Both the position numbers and the translations under genes were made by a program. Shown in pieces: positions 13,868 to 26,520 of a DNA stretch of 64,000 nucleotides. Below the pieces are notes generated by a model. That model searched no databases. It saw only the letters and a list, made by a program, of their open reading frames with translations, and was not told the DNA's origin. The DNA comes from Callorhinchus milii (Eukaryota), in the NCBI RefSeq assembly GCF_018977255.1, contig NW_024704742.1, positions 97,032,001 through 97,096,000 on the forward strand. The letters run 5' to 3'. Numbering within the stretch: position 1 is the stretch's first letter; the number at the start of each line of letters is the position of its first letter.

Positions 13868-14075
13868 ACTATTTATATAGCATCTTTTATGTTGGGAGGA
13901 TAACTCCAAGCACTTCGCATAGCTGGCTGGAAGTCTAAGTTGGAGGTTGTGGGGAGATGAGAAAGATGTGGAGGTAGTGGGAGTGACCAAAAGTGTGGTT
14001 GACAAGATTTAAGGTGGGATTTAAAGGTAGGGAGGAAGGCAGAAGATCTCAGGATGGAGTTCCAGAAAGCGGTGT
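13868..14075 (-). mobile_element. Degenerate L2 3' end
   Basis: atttatatagcatcttttatgttgggagg tail, and ORF FWNSILR..FKSHLKS. Confidence 0.65.
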
Positions 14076-14579
14076 TAGAATGGGACCGAACCACACACGT
14101 TATACGCATTATATAGTTTATACGTATTCTGAAAGGAATATAGAGCTCAGAGGACGAATGCAGAATTTGCAAAGTAACTTGTTTTGAAAACAGAATTCTC
14201 CTAGTGATGAGAATCATGAGACTTGACTTCCACCAAAGAATCTGAGTTCGAAGACCATTTTACATGTGGATTTCTCTTTCAGATCAGAGAAGGAATCAAG
14301 TTCTGCATAGGGAATATTTTCAGGAGTACACCAGGAAACGTGCACCAGCTGAGTAGTGTTCTGTGCAATTTCTCCACACCAGAAGCATCAGTAATTTCTG
14401 GGTCTCGCCTAACTTCACTAACCCAATGCAGATTAATATATTTAAATTTGAATTTGAAAGCAAACTAATTTAAGAACATCTTGACTGGTGAACATCTTAG
14501 CTTATGGTCTTTAGTCAGTATTTTGGCACTGAGAGCTTTGTGAATTGGATGTACTGTTCCTAGACAGTATTGCTGCATT

Positions 14580-14876
14580 GTGGAGTCCTGTAGCTTCGTG
14601 GTTAGAGCATTCGCCTAGCAAGCGAGAGACCTGCGTTCAATTCCTGGCAGGGCGAAACCTTGGGCAAGTTTCCTTACTCCATAATCCCTCAAGAAAAGAA
14701 CAATAATAAATTGGTCACTTCAATCCATGACTGTTTGTGGGACGCTGCTGTGCGCAATTGGCTGCCGTGTTTCGCCCACAAATATGCAGTCAATTCACTT
14801 TACAGTACATTTGGAGAAGCGTTTTGCGACATCTAAATGACATGAAAAGTACTATATCAAATGCAAGGATTATTTT
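14580..14876 (+). mobile_element. tRNA(Ala)-like SINE, full length
   Basis: Same head, body and tail as the 11927 copy. Confidence 0.92.
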
Positions 14877-16804
14877 ATATTATATAAACCCACTTCATAT
14901 TTTGTGCACAGATATGGCAGTTAGACCATATCTGTTATCCTTAATGAAAATCAATTTATTTCCACCGTCTCGTACTTCTTACATTCAATGCTTGCTGTTG
15001 TTGGCATAAAGAACTTCAGTCTTCTGTTTAGAAATGAGGCTACTGTTTATTTATTTCGAAACGAAACATAGTAAAATTCCATCACTAAGTAAAACCTTCT
15101 CATGCTGGTAGGGAAGGTTAGAAGGCATTATGGCACTCATGCTGTAACCACTTCACTTCAGGAGCTAGCCTGTGGTCGTTCTCTGCTTGCTTTGTTTGTT
15201 TGCAAGGTAGCTACCTAGAAAAACAAGCGAGTGTTTTTAAGGCTGGAGATAGATCTTAATTCTATATTATATACAGTTTTGTTATTTATTTCCAGGTCAT
15301 CCTTTTTTAAATAATTTTAGTTTCCATCTGCTTTGTGATTCAAGTGGTTATAAAGGGACTGCCCTGCCATTGCTATAGAAAAGAAATGTGGAGCCTTCCA
15401 GTTATTCTGGTTTATATTTTCCTCTCAATCCAAATTTACCTCAAGGTTAAATTATTTGGTTATTTCGTTGTTGTCCATAGGACGTTGCTGGCATTTTGGC
15501 AATATAACAACATTCACTTCACATCAATTACATTTTATAAAGCTTTTGTACACAAAAGCCACTATAGTATATAAAAGCAAGTTATTGTTAGGGTAATTTG
15601 TTTTGTGTTGATTACATTCATCTGCTCAAATAGACTGAATCGCTTAGTTGTGCATTTTTTGTTGTGTGTTTTCATTCTTTCCTAATGGATGAATCTAAAG
15701 TTTGAAAGAATGCGATTAGGGTAATATTTCTGGGCTGAATTTTACCCATACAGGGTGGGGGTGTGAGTAGTTTATCCATATAACTTTTTAATAAAAGTTG
15801 TCTAATTTTTCCTATTTTCTATTTTCTCCTCACTGGCTCCTCCTCTTGCTGGGGTGCAGTTCCAAAGGCACTACTTGCCCTGTGTGAACCTTCGCAGTAA
15901 GTTCTCTGAGACACTACCCCCGCAAAGGGTGCTATATAAATGCAAGTTGTTGTTGTGAGTGTGGGCAAGCCACTCGAATATAGAGGGTATCACAGCCGAG
16001 CCTGACCTCTCCACACCCGCCTGCCACACATGGGCACAACCAGAAGGTCCTGTAGAGGCTGCTGAAGCGGGAGTAGGAACCTTGGTTGTTACTTGCCTCT
16101 CCTTGGAGCCCTGACTGAGACCAGAAAACACTCTGGGATTTGATCCAGAGAGTTGGTCTATAAACTATATCATTGTGAATGTCTCTTTTCCTAACATTTT
16201 AATCAGGGCATTTTTAAAAGAATGGAAGAAATAGGGCTCTCTAATTGTATCATTAACTGGTTTATGAAAGTTAAACTTACTGTGTGCTGTAATATGTAGA
16301 ACATGCAAACTTTCTGTTTCTGATGTCCTATGCAGTGGCTTGTGAAGTGATTGTTCATGGAACCACTTTTTTGTCTTTAGTGCATTTTTTTAACAACTGA
16401 TTTTGTTCGTAGGTTCTCTTTCTTTTTCTCGAGTTCTTTTGTGGCTGGATTTTCTTGCTCTTTTTCTGCTTTCATTCTCAATTATGAATCGGCACCTTTT
16501 ATTTGCCCACTTCCTCCTTCCTGAAGGCGCACAATTCTGTTTTTCTTTTTACTAGGGCACTGCTGCAAGATAACTTCCAGTAGCTTGTCCAAGTGGCTAT
16601 TATTTATCTGTGAGCTGACAGTGAGTGTTGGCTGGTTGTTGAACCTGGGCCTGAGGACAAGTGCTGTGCTATTCTGGCTGACATCAGCTAACTCAGTGCA
16701 GACTGAGAATTCAAAACTGCAACTTTCTGGTCTGTTTGGCCTTGTAGCTCCTTTAGGTGGTGCCTTTGACCACCTAGCTATTAGAGGAGGAGGATAGACT
16801 TTTA

Positions 16805-17240
16805 ATAAATAATAATCCTTGTATTTGATATTGCACCTCTCACGTCGGGTGGACATCTCAAAGCCCTTCACATGATTTACTGTAAAGTGTAGGGACTGTG
16901 GACCTTGTAGGTGTGGACTCCAGACAATTTCTGAATAGCAATGTCCCCAAAGCAACCATGAACTGAATAACCAATTTTACTTGGGGGAATGTTGGCCATG
17001 ATATGCGGTGAAACTCTTATCTTTTTCAAATAGGGCCAAGGGGCCTTTAAAATCCACCTGAATAGGTGGGACCTCAGTTTAACTCAGAACAGGCAGACCA
17101 GAGCAGCATTCCAAGATGCTATCCTATATTAAAAGCAAGTTGTTGTTGAGGTTATTAATATCTCCATTGAAGAGCTCCCCCTAGTGCTGTACTGGAGCAT
17201 CAACCTGGATCATGAGCTCAAGCCCTGATGTGGGGCCTTC
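16805..17240 (-). mobile_element. DeuSINE-like copy
   Basis: Reverse Deu core (tttcaaatagggccaaggggcctttaaaatccacctgaatagg) with the SINE tail at 16805. Confidence 0.62.
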
Positions 17241-17927
17241 TGACCCAAAGTCGATGAGGGAATGGGACAGAGTGCAGTGGAACGTTTACAAGCACAGATT
17301 GTGCTTGCCATGAATAAGTTCATACTAACTGCAGATTTCTTTTTTTTTTACTGCATACTGCATACATTTTTACTTTTTACTGTAAATGATACGGTTGGCA
17401 AATCTTGAATATTTGGAGGAAGGGAATGATAATAAAATGAAAAAAAAGATTGGTAGACTTTTTGCAGTTTTTATATTATTATTATTTCAGTGACCTATTT
17501 GAGAAATGTATTCAGTTACTTCTAACTTTCTAGTGTTATTTATGCTTTGTAATCATTCAGTACTTGCAGTATTAAACCATACAATGATAACATTTGAGTT
17601 GGTCTCTTTTTACTTTGAACTTGTTAATACAGTTAAAGAATTCCTTCTCCACTTTTGTTGTAACATAACATGTAGGAGCAAGAGTAGGCCATTCGGCCCA
17701 TCTAACTCCAGCTAATAACCTAATCCTGCCAAGTACATCCTTCCTTAAATGAGGAGACCAAAACTGGACACAGTATTCCAGGTATGGTCTCACCAGGGCC
17801 CTATACAGTTGCAGCAAGACTTCCCTACTCTTATACTCTAATGCTTTCATAATGAACGCTAACATACCATTCGCCTTTCTAATTGCTTACTGCCCCTGCA
17901 GACTAACTTTCTGTGATTGGTGTACAA

Positions 17928-18228
17928 CAACAACAAGATTCCATTTATAAAGCGCCTTTCACGTCAGGAGGACGTCCCAAGGCGCTGCACAGTTGGGTCA
18001 TGACCCGAGCAGGGGGGAAATGGTCAGGGTGAGGGGAGGGAAGGGAGGGAGCGAGGAGGGGGAAGAGAGTCGAGAGGGGAGCTGAAGGCACGGTCAAAGA
18101 GAAAGGTTTTGAGACCGGCCTTGAAGGAGGAAAGGGAGGAGGCGGCGAAGGCACTGGGGGATGGAGTTCCAGAGCCTCGGGGCTGAGAGGCTGAAAGCCC
18201 GACCACCGATGGTAGGGCGATTGGGGCG
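17928..18228 (-). mobile_element. Young L2 3' fragment nested in a CR1 LINE
   Basis: Near-identical to the 45284 and 54360 copies. TSD ggtgtacaa at 17919-17927 and 18229-18237. Confidence 0.93.
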
Positions 18229-18632
18229 GGTGTACAAGGACACCCAAGTCCCTCTGGACGCTAACACATTCCAATCTCTCCCCTTCTTAAAAAATAACCC
18301 ACTCTACTGCTTTTGCTACCAAATAGACCGTATCCACTGATTCACCCTTATCTAGTTTACTAGAAATATCCTCAAAAAACTCTATGAGATTTGTCAAACA
18401 AGACTTCCCTTTTGTAAAGCCATGCTGACTTGGCCTAATTATATTGTGCTCCCCTAAATACCGCGCTACCATATCCTTAATCAACGATTCTAAAATTTTT
18501 CCTATCACTGATGTGAGACTAACTGGCCTATAGTTCCCCATCTTTTCCTTTCCACCTTTTTTAAATAGTGGTGTGACATTTGTGATCTTCCAATCCATGG
18601 GGACTGTTCCAGAATTCAAGGAATTTTGGAAG

Positions 18633-18680
18633 AATAACAACAACAAGATTGCATTTATAGAGTGCCTTTCATGTCGGGAG
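18633..18680 (-). mobile_element. Tail-only (~50 bp) L2 insertion inside CR1
   Basis: aacaacaacaagattgcatttatagagtgcctttcatgtcgggag interrupts the CR1 reading frame between two ORF pieces. Confidence 0.85.
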
Positions 18681-19882
18681 GATCAGACATAAGGCCTCCA
18701 CTATCTCATAAGCTACCTCTTTTAAAACCCTGGGATGCAAGCCATCTGGACCAGGGGATTTGTCACTTTTTAGTGCTAACAGTTTCTCTAGCACCAATTC
18801 TCTACTAATGAAAATTTCCCTAAGTTGCTCCCTGTCCTTATCCCCTTGCTGCATCGTTATTGTTGGCAGACTTGTTGTGTCTTCTAGGGTGAAGACCGAT
18901 GCAAAGTACCCATTTAGGGACTCTGCCATGTCCTTATCCCCCATTACAACTTCTCCCATCTCTGACTGAAGTGGACCTACATTTACCCTCACTAGCCTAT
19001 TCCTCTTAATATATTTGTAAAAACTTTTACAGTCTGACTTAATGTTCCTGGCTAGCTTACCCTCATACTCTTTTTTTCTCGCTGTTAATGAGTTTTTTAA
19101 TTTTATTTTGCTGGTTTCTAAAACTCTCTGAATCTTCAGATTTGCCGCTTTTCTTGGCAGTTTTATAAGCCTTTTCTTTTAATTTGATGCTTTCCCTAAC
19201 TGCTCTAGTTAGCCACGGATAAATTGCTTTCCCTGTGGTATTCTTATTCCGCAAGGGAATATGCGACCGCTGAGAATTTTGCACTACATCCTTAAATATT
19301 TGCCACTGTTGGTCTTCATTTTTACCTCTTCATTGTAAAGACAAACTGAACTTTTCTTTCTACATGCAATGATGTGGCAGTTAATAGTCCCATTACTTCT
19401 ATACTGTTACAGTCATAGGAAGTGTTTTAAACCAGCACTTCATCATTTGAAAACAATGTGCTTCATTTTTGGCATCCTTCCATTTTAATTCAAGTTGCAA
19501 ATGCATTAAGTTCTTAACCCTTCTACACAAATGACGTGAAATCTGACTAGAAATTCAGTTATTTTAAAATAGTACATTGAAATGCTTGAATTACAGGCAA
19601 CCATCAGAATATTATAGGTAGGCAGTTTCCTTAAAAATCTAAAGACTCTGTTGTGTGTGGATGTGTCTATGTCCATGTGTGAGTCCATTTATAGGTGTCC
19701 AACCTGATAAAGTGTAATTTTGCTTTCTTTTTACAGGCTGGTGCGATTTAAACAAGTGTGGATAAATGGATGTAATGGATGAGTTTGCAACAACTCTGTA
19801 TAGGTCACACTCAGAATATTGCACTCCAACACTTTCAGAGTAAATTTTCCATATGTCAATATTTCTTAAAAAATCTCTTTAA

Positions 19883-20145
19883 CAACAACAAAATTACATT
19901 TGTATAGCGTCTTTAACGTCAGGAGGGCGTACCAATGCCTGGACAATCAGTATTTTGGACCCAAGCTGGGGGTCGGGATTAGGGAGGGTGACTGAGGAGG
20001 ATGGTCGAAGAGGAAGGTCTTGAGATGGGTCTTCAAGGAGGCAAGGGAGGGGGCCAGGCGGAGGGACTGCAGATTGGAATTCCAGAGGGTGGGAGAGAGT
20101 GGCTGAAGGCCTGCCTACCGATGGTGCGATGGGCAAGGCGGGGCC
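19883..20145 (-). mobile_element. L2 3' fragment
   Basis: (AAC)n tail, then atttgtatagcgtctttaacgtcaggag, and homology to the young L2 3' end. Confidence 0.85.
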
Positions 20146-21161
20146 CATAAGACATAATTTAACATATAATAAGAGGGAGGGTCCCAATGTGTTATTCCTT
20201 AGGTTGGGTTAACTCTGCAGCCACCTTGCAGTCACTATTTTTTGTCTAAAGAAAAGAGGTGTTGGCTAGGCCTAAGTGTACTTGGCATATACAACTGAGT
20301 AACTTTGAGTATTTATCTAGTATTTTCTTGCCAGGAAAATCCTGGGAATATTGTACTTTGGTAAACCAATTTCTACAGATTATATTTCCCATCTGATAAC
20401 ATTTTTAGATTTATCCTTGAATATTATAATGTATTGAATCAGCAATTGCTTTGGCAGGAAACAGTTGTACCTCTGTGGGTTTGTATGATTCATTTTCCTT
20501 TTTTAGTTTTCATTTTTGTAAAGGAAATTGTGTTATAATTTCCGATGTTTTTTTTAAAAAAATAGTGTTTCTTAATAAAGAATTGGAGCTGCATTATTGC
20601 AAGCATTCTTCAGTAACCAGAAATCAGGGTGGTTGGAATATGTAATTCTGTACTGTCCTTCATATCTGAAGCAGAGAGCATTTTTAAAAAATGAAAGGAA
20701 ATAGTACTTGAAAATCAACCTTAAGAGAGAATAATGGAAGTGAGTTAGAGAGTGAGATTAGATTAGTGATTCATGTGGAAAACAATTTGATAGGCTGATT
20801 GACTGGTTTCTATGATTATATGAATATTTACTGTTATTTGCTGATAATTAAATATAGAACGGCTCGGAAACTTGCAACTTATTTGTCAAAAGCATAAATT
20901 CCCTCAGTGTAGATATCATCAGACATCACTTATATTGGTCATCCTCAACAGCAATCTTACTACCAGCAAAATGTACCACAGAACTAAATAATCTTCCCAA
21001 CCTAATCCACCGTTTATATATTTTATAGAATACCTGGGCAGCGATGCTAGTTCTAACATTAGATGGTACACTAGCTACAAATTCATGTAATTTAAAGCCA
21101 TTCAAGCTGTTGTCTGATCTACAGAGATCCTAGATCTTCCTTATAGCAATGTATATTACTA

Positions 21162-21267
21162 CAGGGTGACCAAAAAGTCATGTCACCATTCCAAAGTCTA
21201 ATAAGTCTTAAAGAAATTATTTTTGGGGGAATAATAGGATAGTTATCATAAGTTTTTGGTCACCTTG
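21162..21267. mobile_element. Tc1/mariner-like MITE (~106 bp)
   Basis: TA|cagggtgaccaaaaa ... tttttggtcaccttg, a 14/15 inverted match. Internal tctaataagtcttaaagaa recurs at ~34263. Confidence 0.6.
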
Positions 21268-21277
21268 GACTACTACC

Positions 21278-21505
21278 AATAATCCTTGCATTTGATATAG
21301 CACCTTATCATGGTGCTGAGACATCTCAAAGTGCTTCACAGAATATTCTGTATTCAGAATACATTGTAAAGTGCCTTGATTGTTTATTTGTGGGCGAAAC
21401 GTGGCAATTGCGAACAGCATTGTTCGACAAAAAGTCGTGGACAGAGTGACCACATATTTTTTTGGGTGATGGGGGGGATTAATACTCTGGAAAGCAATCC
21501 ACTAA
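21278..21505 (-). mobile_element. SINE 3' half
   Basis: aataatccttgcatttgatatagcaccttatca, followed by the body. Confidence 0.8.
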
Positions 21506-21999
21506 AATACACAGTCAATCCACAAGTAAATTACAGTTGATGTTTATGAATGTTTTCCAAAAGCAACCCAAAGAGAGAGAGATTTGGTCCCTTGAGAATT
21601 TCTTCAAATCCCACCTGGACACGGACTTCTTCAACTATGCTCTCCCTTGCTCACTGTCCACCCCTCTTCTGTACAGCGCTTCGTGACACTATCCTTTCAT
21701 GCAAGTGTTGTTTTATTTGGATCAACTGGGAGCCATTGAAGTTTTTTCTGATGAAGTGATCACTGAACATATTTGTTAATTTCTAATCTTGTTGCATTTT
21801 TATGCTATCGTGCAGATTATTTCTACCTTTCACAGTGTCTGTTGAGATAGAGGTGTGTTTTAGGACACTGTTGTGTACAATTGGCTGCTGAGTTTCACCC
21901 ACAGGATATACTGTCAATCCACTTTAGAATATATTCTGTGAAGCCCTTTGAGAGGTCTCAATGACATGATAATGTGCTGTAGCTATAACATGATAATGT

Positions 22000-22511
22000 C
22001 CCAACTCTTCCCTTCACAAGCTGCAGATCATCTAAAACTCTGCAGCTCGTGTACACACCAGGCTCCATGACCCCATCACTCCCACCCTCGCCCGACTACA
22101 CTGGCTCCCCATCCCCCAGCGGATCGAGTTCAAGATCCTCGTCCTCACCTTTAAGGCCATCCATGGCCTTGTCCCCTCCTATCTCTCTTTCCCTGCTGAC
22201 TCCCTATTCATCGGGCTCCGGCCTGCTCCATGTCTCCCCCTCGACCCGCCCTACCATCGGTGGCCGGGCTTTCAGCCTCTCTGCCTCCACATTCTGGAAC
22301 TCCATCCCACAGTCCCTTCACCAAGCTTCCTCCCTTGCCTCCTTCAAGGCTGGTCTCAAGACCCTTCTCTTTGGCTGTGCCTTTGGTCTTCCTCCCTTAC
22401 CCCTACACCACCCCTCCCCCATGCTCGGGCCCTGACACCTGACTGCTCGGCGCTTTGGGACATCCTCCCGACGTGAAAAGTGCTCCATAAATGTAATTTT
22501 GTTGTTGTTGT
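22000..22511 (+). mobile_element. L2 3' fragment
   Basis: Translates [30 protein letters not shown] and ends in a (TTG)n tail. Confidence 0.9.
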
Positions 22512-23484
22512 ATAACAACTGCAAGGATTGTTATTATTATAGTTTGAAACCACCCTTCACAGTGGGCTTGTGTCATGCAGCCTCAGTTATCCCATCTCCA
22601 GTTCACTCTGTTGAAATTCCAATTTCATTAGTGCCTCTGTGGGGAGGTGTTGAATGAAGTTTCAGGCATTCTTTCTATGGGGGAAAGGGAAGAAAAGTTA
22701 CCGGTACCAGCTGGAGGAAAGTGCCATTGATGGGAGTTCTGGAAGCTGTGGATTTGATATGTGCCCTGGGTTAGATGTGCCCATCAAAGGTTTGAAGTCT
22801 GAGATTTTCCAGCTCATTTGCATATTTTGTTAGTTCTTCCAATTCACTGAGGTAGCCAGTAAGCAGCATAGGTTACAGCAACAACAACTTGGATTTATAT
22901 AGCGCCCTCCACGCCGGACGGCGTCTCAGAGCCCTTAACAAACATTCATGAGACATTTATCGAGTTCATTTAGAGTGAAACACAAGTTGGGGAGGAAGAT
23001 CTGGATGGATAAAGCAAAGGATTGGGCAAGGACCTGTAATTTAAGGAATTTTATTGTGATCAGGTATAATATTCAGAACTTAGTTTGTTCACTCAACGAC
23101 CTGAATTTGTAGAGCACGACCCTGTTATTACCTCCATTTAATGCTGGGCTGCTTGCGGTAGGTATACTGTGCACCCGTGCTATACTGGAGGCAGGATACA
23201 CCCAAATCAAGTGACGTCATTGGTTCTGTTTGAGCATAGTGTTCACGAGCAGTGTGCAGAAAGTGACATTGGTATCATCTGACAACCCAGATGGCAGACA
23301 ATTTTCCTACTTTGTTTGAATGCAGAAATCTGAGTTGATAGACCCACAATGCTGCGCTACAATGGGACCACCCTGAATGTTATGTGGAAGTAAAAAAGTT
23401 TGTTACAACCTTTGTATTTTGTGGTTTCAGTGTGAATAGATCACTTTGAGAATTCTTTTCAAGCAGAGTTTTAGGTTGTGAAAT

Positions 23485-23570
23485 AAAAAACAAAACTGAA
23501 AATTCAAAGCAAGTCAAACACCATCTGAACGAGAAAGACCATTAACGTTTTGGTAAAATCCCTTTATTTA
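23485..23570 (-). mobile_element. Degenerate second copy of the Penelope-type terminal repeat
   Basis: The reverse complement reads aaagggattttaccaaaacgttaatggtctttctcgttcagatggtgtttgacttgct, colinear with 13061-13125. The hammerhead core has decayed. Confidence 0.45.
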
Positions 23571-24029
23571 CAACAACTTGCATTTTTGCAACTTGCATTT
23601 AGAGGTCAGTGGCAGTAACTTGCTACTTATGGGATGTTACTTACTGTAAAGGGCTACATCAAATGCAAGGATTTTTTTTAGGTACTTACTGTGCTTGGTG
23701 CTGGTGATAGCTGGTAGTCTTGAATGATTTGAGGAATTGATATTATGCAATATTAGAATGCTATATTCAGACAATGTTATCTCTGTGCTAGCTTGGTTAA
23801 GGAAGTATAACTTTAATATGCTATTTGTCTACGTTTATTTTGTATTTTTTTTGTGCTGGTGAAATTATATTTTAGTCCTAAATCAGTCAGATACGAGACA
23901 AGGTTCAAACAGAGATTTTATTTGGTCAATTGGGTGTCTTAACAAATTCGGAAACCCATCACCATCCTTAAGACTATTCAAACCAGACTCAGAGTTCCAT
24001 GCCTGTCACCTTTGCAATCAAATATGTCA

Positions 24030-24700
24030 TATAGAGTGTAAAAGAGATGGGATGAAAAAAGCCATTTGGCCCATTTGATCTCATTGTTACAGAATTCTCA
24101 CCATACCGTCCTCCTATCGTAGCATCAAACTATTTCTAAATAAGTCCAACAACTTGGCTCAACTATATGGTAACCATTTCCAGACATGAATTAGTCTCTG
24201 TGCAAATAAATACTTTCTGGTGTCTGAAAGAGCCCTTGAAATCCTGAACCTGTGCCTGCCTGCCCCACTAATTGGAGTATCAGAAAATATTGTTATGGAT
24301 TACTTTCAACCCCATTTATCATTTTATGTATACGTATAAAGTCCCTACTGAGACAATAGATTTCAAGGTTGATGTACCCCCTTCTCATAGCTCATTCCTC
24401 TAACAGAGCAGATCAAGTGTTGCTCTCCTCTGTACTGCTCCTTTGGCCTGGGCAGCCCCTTATGTCATGGTGACTAAAACAGTTGTCCTGGTGTGGCCTG
24501 TCCACAGCACTTTATAGCTAAATTGTAACTTCTGGCATTTGAATTCAACTGATTTAACAATACAGGCCAGCATCCTGTTTATTTTTATTGCTGCTTCACA
24601 CTATTTTGACGTGATGAGCAATGAGTCAGTTAACAACCCTTAGTCGTTTCAAACATCTCCCTTGGCAAGCTCTATCGTATCCATCTAGTACGTGTACTAA
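24030..24700 (-). mobile_element. Old CR1 3' fragment
   Basis: gccatttggcccatttgatctc 3' end and gtcctggtgtggcctgtccacagcactttatagc (LY-ALVRPH-like on the minus strand). Confidence 0.6.
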
Positions 24701-24764
24701 ACTTTAATAATCATATGTACATGCTTTTTGTATATCTATAACTATACAGAGGCATTGTGCAATG

Positions 24765-25942
24765 CTCGTTATCACCTTTGGTTTAGATATCTCTGCTCTG
24801 TGCATCACGGACAAGATCATCTCAGACCATTTCCTCGTCTCCCTCTCCTCTCGCATCCATCAAGCCCTCCACAATCCTTTTCTGCCCATGGAAAAGGCTT
24901 CCCTCCCCCCGAGACACTCACAAATGCCCTCTCATCCTCAGACCTCCTCTCCCTCTGGCCTTCCACCCGCAGCGACCCTGATGCAGCCCTCAAAGCTGCT
25001 CCATGATCACCTCTCCTCTACCTTCAACTCCCTTGTCCCCTTGAAATCCAGGATCATCTCCAACCCCACCTGCTCCCCCTGGTACAACACCCATCTCCGC
25101 TCCCTAAATTCCCAAACCTGGTTGCTTGAGCACAGTTCACTGCCAGCTGTGGCTCAAGCACCTTCACACCTACCGCCACTCCCTCTTGCGAGTAAAAAAT
25201 GGTTATTACTCAAAGATCATTCTGGAGGCCAAAAATAACTCCAAAATCATATTCTCCACCACCCACCACCTCCTCCATGCACCCCCTCAAGCACCCTCAA
25301 ATCATTACATCAAATGTCAAGCGTGAAGCATGGACTTCCTTTCCTTTAAAATAGAACACATCTGCCTGACAGACTCATCCTCCTGCCCCGTGCTGCATGC
25401 AATAACCCTTATCCTGAAACCCTTGTCCACACCTTTGTCACCTCTCGGCTGTACTACTCAAATGCCCTCTTCGCTGGTCTCCCCTCCTTCACCATTCACA
25501 AAATTCAATTCATCTAACCGCCCGCATTCTCACCCACACTAAACTCCGCACCCCGGTTACTCTAGCCCTTGCCAAACTCCACTGACTCCCTGAAACAGGG
25601 TGGATCAACTTCAAGATCCTCACTGTAGTGTTTAAATCCCTCCACGTCTTGGCACCCCTCTATCTCTCCAACTTCCTGTCTCCTCATAGCATCACCCGCT
25701 GCCTCCGCTCTACTGGCTCCGGCCTCCTTATCCCTCGAATCCTCCGCTCCACCATCGGCGGCTGTCCCTTCGCCTTGCCCTCTCTTTCCCCATTTTCAGG
25801 TTGCGGCTGAAGACGTTCCTCTTTGACTGTGCCCATGGTCACCTCCCCCGACCCCTGGCTCGGCATTGGGCTCCACCATTGTTGAGCGTTCTGGGATGCT
25901 GCTAAGTGTGGAGGGAGCTCTATAAATGCGAGTTGTTGTTGT
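24765..25942 (+). mobile_element. Degenerate, internally deleted L2 (endonuclease end/tether plus 3' end)
   Basis: ISDHFLV and SPWYNTHLRSL motifs, later FKSLHVLAPLYL, and a (TTG)n tail at ~25932. Confidence 0.8.
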
Positions 25943-25964
25943 GGTTGGGCATATTGCTTTACAA

Positions 25965-26520
25965 ATGGGGGGAGGTAAGTGAGGTCTCCTTGGAGCTGAA
26001 CTGGTGACATGCTTGGCAGTGGAATGTTGGATTTGAGCCAGCCCTCTGTGGCGGTCTCGGTAGTCCGGTTATTGAGCCAGGCAGGTCCGCAGTATCCCAG
26101 GGCACTGCTGGTAACAGCACAACCAGCCTGGCACATCAGCAGGACTTGGAAAGGAAGACCCATCAGTCAAGGCAGGGAATCATTCCACTCAGCTTCTGTT
26201 ATGCCAATCCCTAATGAGTAGGGTGGTCCTAGGTGGGAAAGCTTGCCAGACAGCGATATCGATGGCAAGCTGTGCGGTTTTAGCTGACCAGTCTCCAGCA
26301 GTACCCCAACACACACTCCGGGGTCCCCAAGCCTTGGCTCTTGCCACTCTTGCCAATCTGTGCCTATTACTTTCCAGAATTCGGTAAGCAGGATGTGTCC
26401 CTCCAGGGAGTGAGTGCACATTCCAATTTCTCTCTGAAATTCCCATGTATCAGTGGGATGCATGGAATTCTCAATTTGGTTTGGATATTCTGAAACACGG
26501 TGATGGGTTTCCGCAAGTGT
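25965..26520 (-). repeat. Unclassified ~550-bp interspersed repeat
   Basis: The reverse complement aligns by eye with 32600-33005, 34610-35092 and 43600-43795; it matches 57745-57870 in the same orientation. Confidence 0.75.

Larger units (their letters stand above)
17662..19320 (-). mobile_element. CR1-clade LINE fragment with internal deletions and two nested L2 insertions
   Basis: ORF pieces KSPGPDGLHPRVLKE, WKITNVTPLFKKG..NYRPVSLTSVIGKILE..SQHGFTKGKSCLTNL, and LYRALVRPYLEYCVQFWSP. CR1-type 3' end (aggagcaagagtaggccattcggccc). Confidence 0.93.

Noticed and set aside
41..16955. Short 60-160 aa ORFs in unique sequence
   Set aside because: No recognisable domains or exon structure; consistent with random ORFs. 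A short or non-coding exon could still have been missed by eye.
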